Notes under the pieces: model-generated | What the model was told of the DNA's origin: nothing | The model's database searches: none | Seen by the model: only the letters and a program-made list of their open reading frames with translations | Translations under genes and position numbers: made by a program | Assembly: GCA_034669905.1 (NCBI GenBank) | Contig: JAXMOL010000013.1 | Location: 64,001-128,000 of the forward strand | Direction: 5' to 3' | DNA length: 64,000 nucleotides | Source of the DNA: Candidatus Hydrogenedentota bacterium | GTDB taxonomy: Bacteria > Hydrogenedentota > Hydrogenedentia > Hydrogenedentales > JAEUWI01 | Shown: one piece after another, positions 60,195-64,000 of the stretch | Layout of the letters: every line of letters starts with the position of its first letter | How positions within the stretch are numbered: position 1 is the first letter of the stretch

Positions 60195-61610
60195 CTAATC
60201 TACCAGAATGATTTCCACCTGCTTGCTCTTTTCGCCGCCGGGGTGGAAGAGCACGATGTCTTTGTGTTCTTCCGTGCGGAGGGCGACGCTGCGGGCCTGT
60301 CCGAAGCTGGGAATTTCCACCACGTGGGTGGGGCGGGATTCGATGAGTTCGTCGGCGGTGCCGAGGTGAATGGCGAGGGAGTCAACGGTCCGGCTGAAGG
60401 CGATGTCGATACGCTTGTCGCCGTCGAAGTCACCCATGGTGTAGGCCACTTGCTCGCGGCCTTCGGGGGCATCCATAGTGAGGGCCGTGTGAAAGCTCGG
60501 GGTGTCCGGATAGCCCTTGCCGTCGAAGGGATAGACATCGAGGTTTACGGCTACCTTGCCCCGCATGAAGAAGTTCATCAGGTTTTTGATACCGAAGGGG
60601 ATGTTAATGACCATGACGTCTTTTTCTTCGTCGCCATCCACATCGAGGATGAGGGGGCTCACCAGGGCACCCTTGGCGATGAAGGTAGCACTGGGTTCTT
60701 CGGGGTAGGTGTAGGGCGCGTCGGCGATGTAGATTTGGGTCTGGGCTTCGAGCTTGGCCGTGCCCCGTGTCTGGGTGACGACCAGGTCGGGGAAGCCATC
60801 GTTGTTGATATCTTCCATGCGGGAGCTCGCTTCCCACTTCTCTTCCAGATTCACCGGAATCTTGAAGCGCCAGTGCTCCTGCCAGTTATCGCCGTAGGCG
60901 AAGTCGGCAAACTCGTCGCTCAGCATGGCAAGGCCCTTCACCTTCGAGTCGGGGATGTCGTAGGGCAAGAGGGCGGGAAAGCGGTGGTAGACGTAGATGC
61001 TACTGCCGCGACGCAACTCACTGTACATGTCGCAGGGAACCTTCGCGATGGACCGCTCTCCGTGGCGGAGTTCGTAGCCTTCGGGTACCGGAATGAGCCA
61101 TTCTTCAATGCCGTCGCCATCCAGATCGACGGCGCCCCGCTCCAGCATGATGGGGTTCTTGGAGGCGGTGGGGTAGAGGGAGTGAAAGACCGGGGTGCTG
61201 TGTTCCTTAAAGGCGCCGTCGGAAAAGGTGTAGACCGTGGCTCCCGAGCCGTGGATAGCGACGAGTTCACGGGGCGCGGTGCCATCCACTTCCGCGAAAA
61301 AGAGGGCCGCGATTTCCGGGGCGAGGGCCAGCTCGGAGGTCGCCTTCTCAGGATATTTTCCCCCCCCATTGGCCACAAACACGGAGGCGGACTTTTCCAG
61401 GGGGTAGCTGTTTTCATCGCAGCCCAGGAAGAGGAGATCGCGGACCCCGTCGCCGTTGAGGTCTTCGGCTGCCACATCCCAGACGGGCAGGGTGTTGGGG
61501 AGGCTATACGTGGTGACGGGTCCTGCGGCCGGGGCCGAGGCGAATCCAAAGAGGAGGGTGCTTCCTGCCATTAGGACAAGCGCGGCGTATACGGGGGTGC
61601 GTGTAGTCAA
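60195..61610 (-). CDS. Secreted FG-GAP/VCBS repeat protein
   Basis: Signal peptide; DLNGDGVRDL, DLDGDG, DINNDGFPDL, DVDGD, DFDGDKRIDI. Confidence 0.85.
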   Translation of the reverse strand: MTTRTPVYAALVLMAGSTLLFGFASAPAAGPVTTYSLPNTLPVWDVAAEDLNGDGVRDLLFLGCDENSYPLEKSASVFVANGGGKYPEKATSELALAPEIAALFFAEVDGTAPRELVAIHGSGATVYTFSDGAFKEHSTPVFHSLYPTASKNPIMLERGAVDLDGDGIEEWLIPVPEGYELRHGERSIAKVPCDMYSELRRGSSIYVYHRFPALLPYDIPDSKVKGLAMLSDEFADFAYGDNWQEHWRFKIPVNLEEKWEASSRMEDINNDGFPDLVVTQTRGTAKLEAQTQIYIADAPYTYPEEPSATFIAKGALVSPLILDVDGDEEKDVMVINIPFGIKNLMNFFMRGKVAVNLDVYPFDGKGYPDTPSFHTALTMDAPEGREQVAYTMGDFDGDKRIDIAFSRTVDSLAIHLGTADELIESRPTHVVEIPSFGQARSVALRTEEHKDIVLFHPGGEKSKQVEIILVD

Positions 61611-61707
61611 CGAGAATCTCCCTCACCACCTGGGGCGGTGTCGTTTGTCGTGTCGGCTACCTCCAGGGGCACGACTGCCCTACAGGTAGTGTCGACCAGA
61701 CGGATTG

Positions 61708-62202
61708 TTACAGGAGTTTATTCATCTTCTGGCGCAGGGTCTCACTCTTTGCCAAGGCGGTTTCGAGCTGTTTGATGCGCGCGTCGTCTTTTTCTTTCTT
61801 GGCCGCGTCGAGGGCTTCGATCAAAACATCGGTCATGTCTTTGAGTTGTTCAAAGAGCATTTCGGTCATTTCTTCTTTCGAGGGAAAGCGGGTTTTTATG
61901 ATGGCCCGTTGCCCCATATTAATGCCGGCCGATTCAAAGGTCTTTCGATCAATGGCCTCATCCATGGAGGGGCCTTCCATGACTTCAATCTGGGCATGGG
62001 GCCGGAGGAAATCGAGCAGTTCTTTTCTTTCCAGCTTTCCACATTCCGGGTCGCGGCGGCAAAATTCCAGGAGGGTATCAACCGGCACCAGGGGGTTGCT
62101 GGATTCCCGCAGGTAGTGGAGACACTTTTCTTCTATTTTTTCCAGATTCATACCAAAACTCCGGGGAAAGGGGATGATGTTATCGTGCCGGTCTTCATTC
62201 AT
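61708..62202 (-). CDS. Hypothetical protein (helical, C-terminal coiled coil)
   Basis: Protein-like composition; fills the gap between co-oriented genes. Confidence 0.7.
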   Translation of the reverse strand: MNEDRHDNIIPFPRSFGMNLEKIEEKCLHYLRESSNPLVPVDTLLEFCRRDPECGKLERKELLDFLRPHAQIEVMEGPSMDEAIDRKTFESAGINMGQRAIIKTRFPSKEEMTEMLFEQLKDMTDVLIEALDAAKKEKDDARIKQLETALAKSETLRQKMNKLL

Positions 62203-62341
62203 AAGGCCGGGTGCTTACCGGGGAAGGTGGGGCGAAACACACGGTACCCATGAAGCGTTTCAGGTGTCGTCATGGCCTTTCCCTTATTCCAGTTGCTGTG
62301 CGGACCCGATGCGACAGAAGGGGGCGCACCGGGCACGGGCA

Positions 62342-64000
62342 CTATTCGTTTTCTTCCAACAGATTCGCGGCGGTGACGGCCCACGTGCTCCGATCGACGA
62401 GCAGGGTCTTTACTTCGTAGGCATCGAAGGGCACGCGGACTTCCTGATTCATGAGGGGCAGTTGAATGGTGGCGTTAACCGCCTGGCCATGGGTTTCATA
62501 GCCGCGAATAACGAGGTTGTCGCTGTCTTCCTGCTCCTTGAGGACCGTTAAGACAACATTGTCCGCATCACAGGATAGCATGCTGCCCGATGCCGGGCGT
62601 TTCCCCTGGTGGGCCGATTCCACATGGGCGATACACGGGGCATTGTGTTCCCACGCCAATCGGGGGGTGTTGGCGGCGCGCCAGTCCCCGGCATGGGGGT
62701 AGATCTGAAAGGCGACGTCGTGGCGGCCCTGGTCCATGATGGGCATCCGGGTGTCGGGGGTATAGCGGGCCGGATCGTGGTGGGCGTAGGCAGGACTGCG
62801 GAGGATGGTCATCCGCATGATGCCGCCGCGCACGTCGAAGCTGTACTGGCCGTCGTTGAGGATGCTGAGGCCATAGGGCTTCCCGTCGATGGTGCCGCTG
62901 AGGTCAAACCACTGCTGACCGGGCTCTTCTTCGCCTTTGTTGTCCCGCACCTGGTGGGCGTAGGGCGTTTCGAAGGTGGCCGTACCGTCGACAATAGCTG
63001 TCTCAAAGCCCACCTTGAGCATGTGATAGGTTTCTTGCCAATTCACCGAGAGTTTGCAATCGATGCGCGGGGTGTCGCGGTAGAGGGTCAATTCCTGGGT
63101 GGCACTTGAATTGCCAAAGCGCGATTGAATCTGGATGGTGGCCAGCACGTCTCCTTCTTCAATCAGTTGCAGTCGGGCCTCGCCAAAGCGACCGGCTTCG
63201 ATGCGGTACTCTTTCACTTCATGGCTCCACGTGTCGGAATTGTCCTGAATGGCCGACAGGAGGAGTCCGCCCGTAAGCACGTTGACGCCCTGCGCTTTAT
63301 CATAGAGGCCGGTGATGTGGCCGTCGTAGGGATCCAACTCGATACGCCACCACTGATTCTCGAGCCCGGTCCGTGTGGCGGCCAGGGGTGCTTCCGTACG
63401 GGCGCTCGAATCGGTGAGGCGCGCGTGGAAGGAGCGGTAGCCCAGTGCAGGCACCTCGGCGAGGAAAGCATAGCGCCGTCCGGCAAAGGGCATGCGGCTG
63501 AGGGACTCGCCGGTCACTTCCTGCACCGGTACGGGAGTTTCGTGCTCGTCCACCAGGGTCAACGGCGTGTTGACATTGTCGAGCATGTGAAAGGGTGCAC
63601 CATGTTCGCGGCGGATGATGGGCGATGCCAACACGGGTTGGAGGACGGGCCAGGGCAGGGGATTAAAGATGACCAGCGTGTTGCCTTTGGCCGTCGTGTC
63701 GATGTCCCGGGCGATGGTTTGGATGGACTCGTTGATGATGGTTTTGGCCCGATGGCGGGCGGCACCCAGTTGGTCCCGGGTATCTTCGTAAGAAGATTCG
63801 AGACTCGTGCCTGCGATGATGTCGTGGAAGTGGTTGTAAAGGAGGTCTTTCCACGATTCTTCGAGGGCCGCCTTCGGGTAGTTATTGGCCCGGAGCAGTC
63901 CCGCCATGGTGGCCAGGCGCTCGGCGGTGAGGAGGCTGTGCTCCACCTTCCGGTTCCACCGCTTTACCCCGGCGTGCACACTGTAGCAGCCCCGCGCATG
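62342..64000 (-). CDS. GH38 alpha-mannosidase, middle and C-terminal domains (5' end outside the window)
   Basis: RGCYSVH..K..NR..E..L..AE, NHFHDIIAGTS, VPALGY, LENQW, W.E...LK, GLSILNDGQY, TILRSP, DQGRH; frame open to the window edge. Confidence 0.92.
   Translation of the reverse strand, partial: HARGCYSVHAGVKRWNRKVEHSLLTAERLATMAGLLRANNYPKAALEESWKDLLYNHFHDIIAGTSLESSYEDTRDQLGAARHRAKTIINESIQTIARDIDTTAKGNTLVIFNPLPWPVLQPVLASPIIRREHGAPFHMLDNVNTPLTLVDEHETPVPVQEVTGESLSRMPFAGRRYAFLAEVPALGYRSFHARLTDSSARTEAPLAATRTGLENQWWRIELDPYDGHITGLYDKAQGVNVLTGGLLLSAIQDNSDTWSHEVKEYRIEAGRFGEARLQLIEEGDVLATIQIQSRFGNSSATQELTLYRDTPRIDCKLSVNWQETYHMLKVGFETAIVDGTATFETPYAHQVRDNKGEEEPGQQWFDLSGTIDGKPYGLSILNDGQYSFDVRGGIMRMTILRSPAYAHHDPARYTPDTRMPIMDQGRHDVAFQIYPHAGDWRAANTPRLAWEHNAPCIAHVESAHQGKRPASGSMLSCDADNVVLTVLKEQEDSDNLVIRGYETHGQAVNATIQLPLMNQEVRVPFDAYEVKTLLVDRSTWAVTAANLLEENE

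Overview
GC-rich bacterial chromosomal window. The gene content (DUF1559 prepilin-like protein, many secreted hydrolases, FG-GAP proteins, ECF sigma factor) suggests a Planctomycete-like or Candidatus Hydrogenedentes genome; this is inference only. It holds about 37 CDSs: partial surE, a stand-alone receiver protein, an IMPase/FBPase-family enzyme with a histone-H1-like tail, a MacAB-type ABC exporter, an SGNH hydrolase, xseA-xseB-ispA, a degenerate GH20-like/CBM9-like protein, four tandem neutral-ceramidase-fold paralogues, alpha-2-macroglobulin, HtrA, an MFS transporter, an ECF sigma/anti-sigma/DUF4097/ABC-2 cluster, a hybrid kinase, GH5, GHL10 and GH38 glycosidases, a CxxCH prenyltransferase-barrel protein, a DSD1-family PLP enzyme and an EIIA-CBS/ArsB-NhaD pair. 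I saw no rRNA, tRNA, CRISPR array, transposase or integrase. Many intergenic gaps carry at least four families of REP/BIME-like palindromes. The best lead is at 57.2-60.1 kb: a solitary DUF1559 gene whose AT-rich promoter is bracketed by two DtxR/MntR-type operator-like palindromes, with composite REP modules in direct repeat on both sides, one of which holds a trapped gene fragment. Other leads are an SSB-C-terminus-like tail on XseB and the REP-punctuated ceramidase array. All functional calls come from reading motifs by eye, not from database searches.
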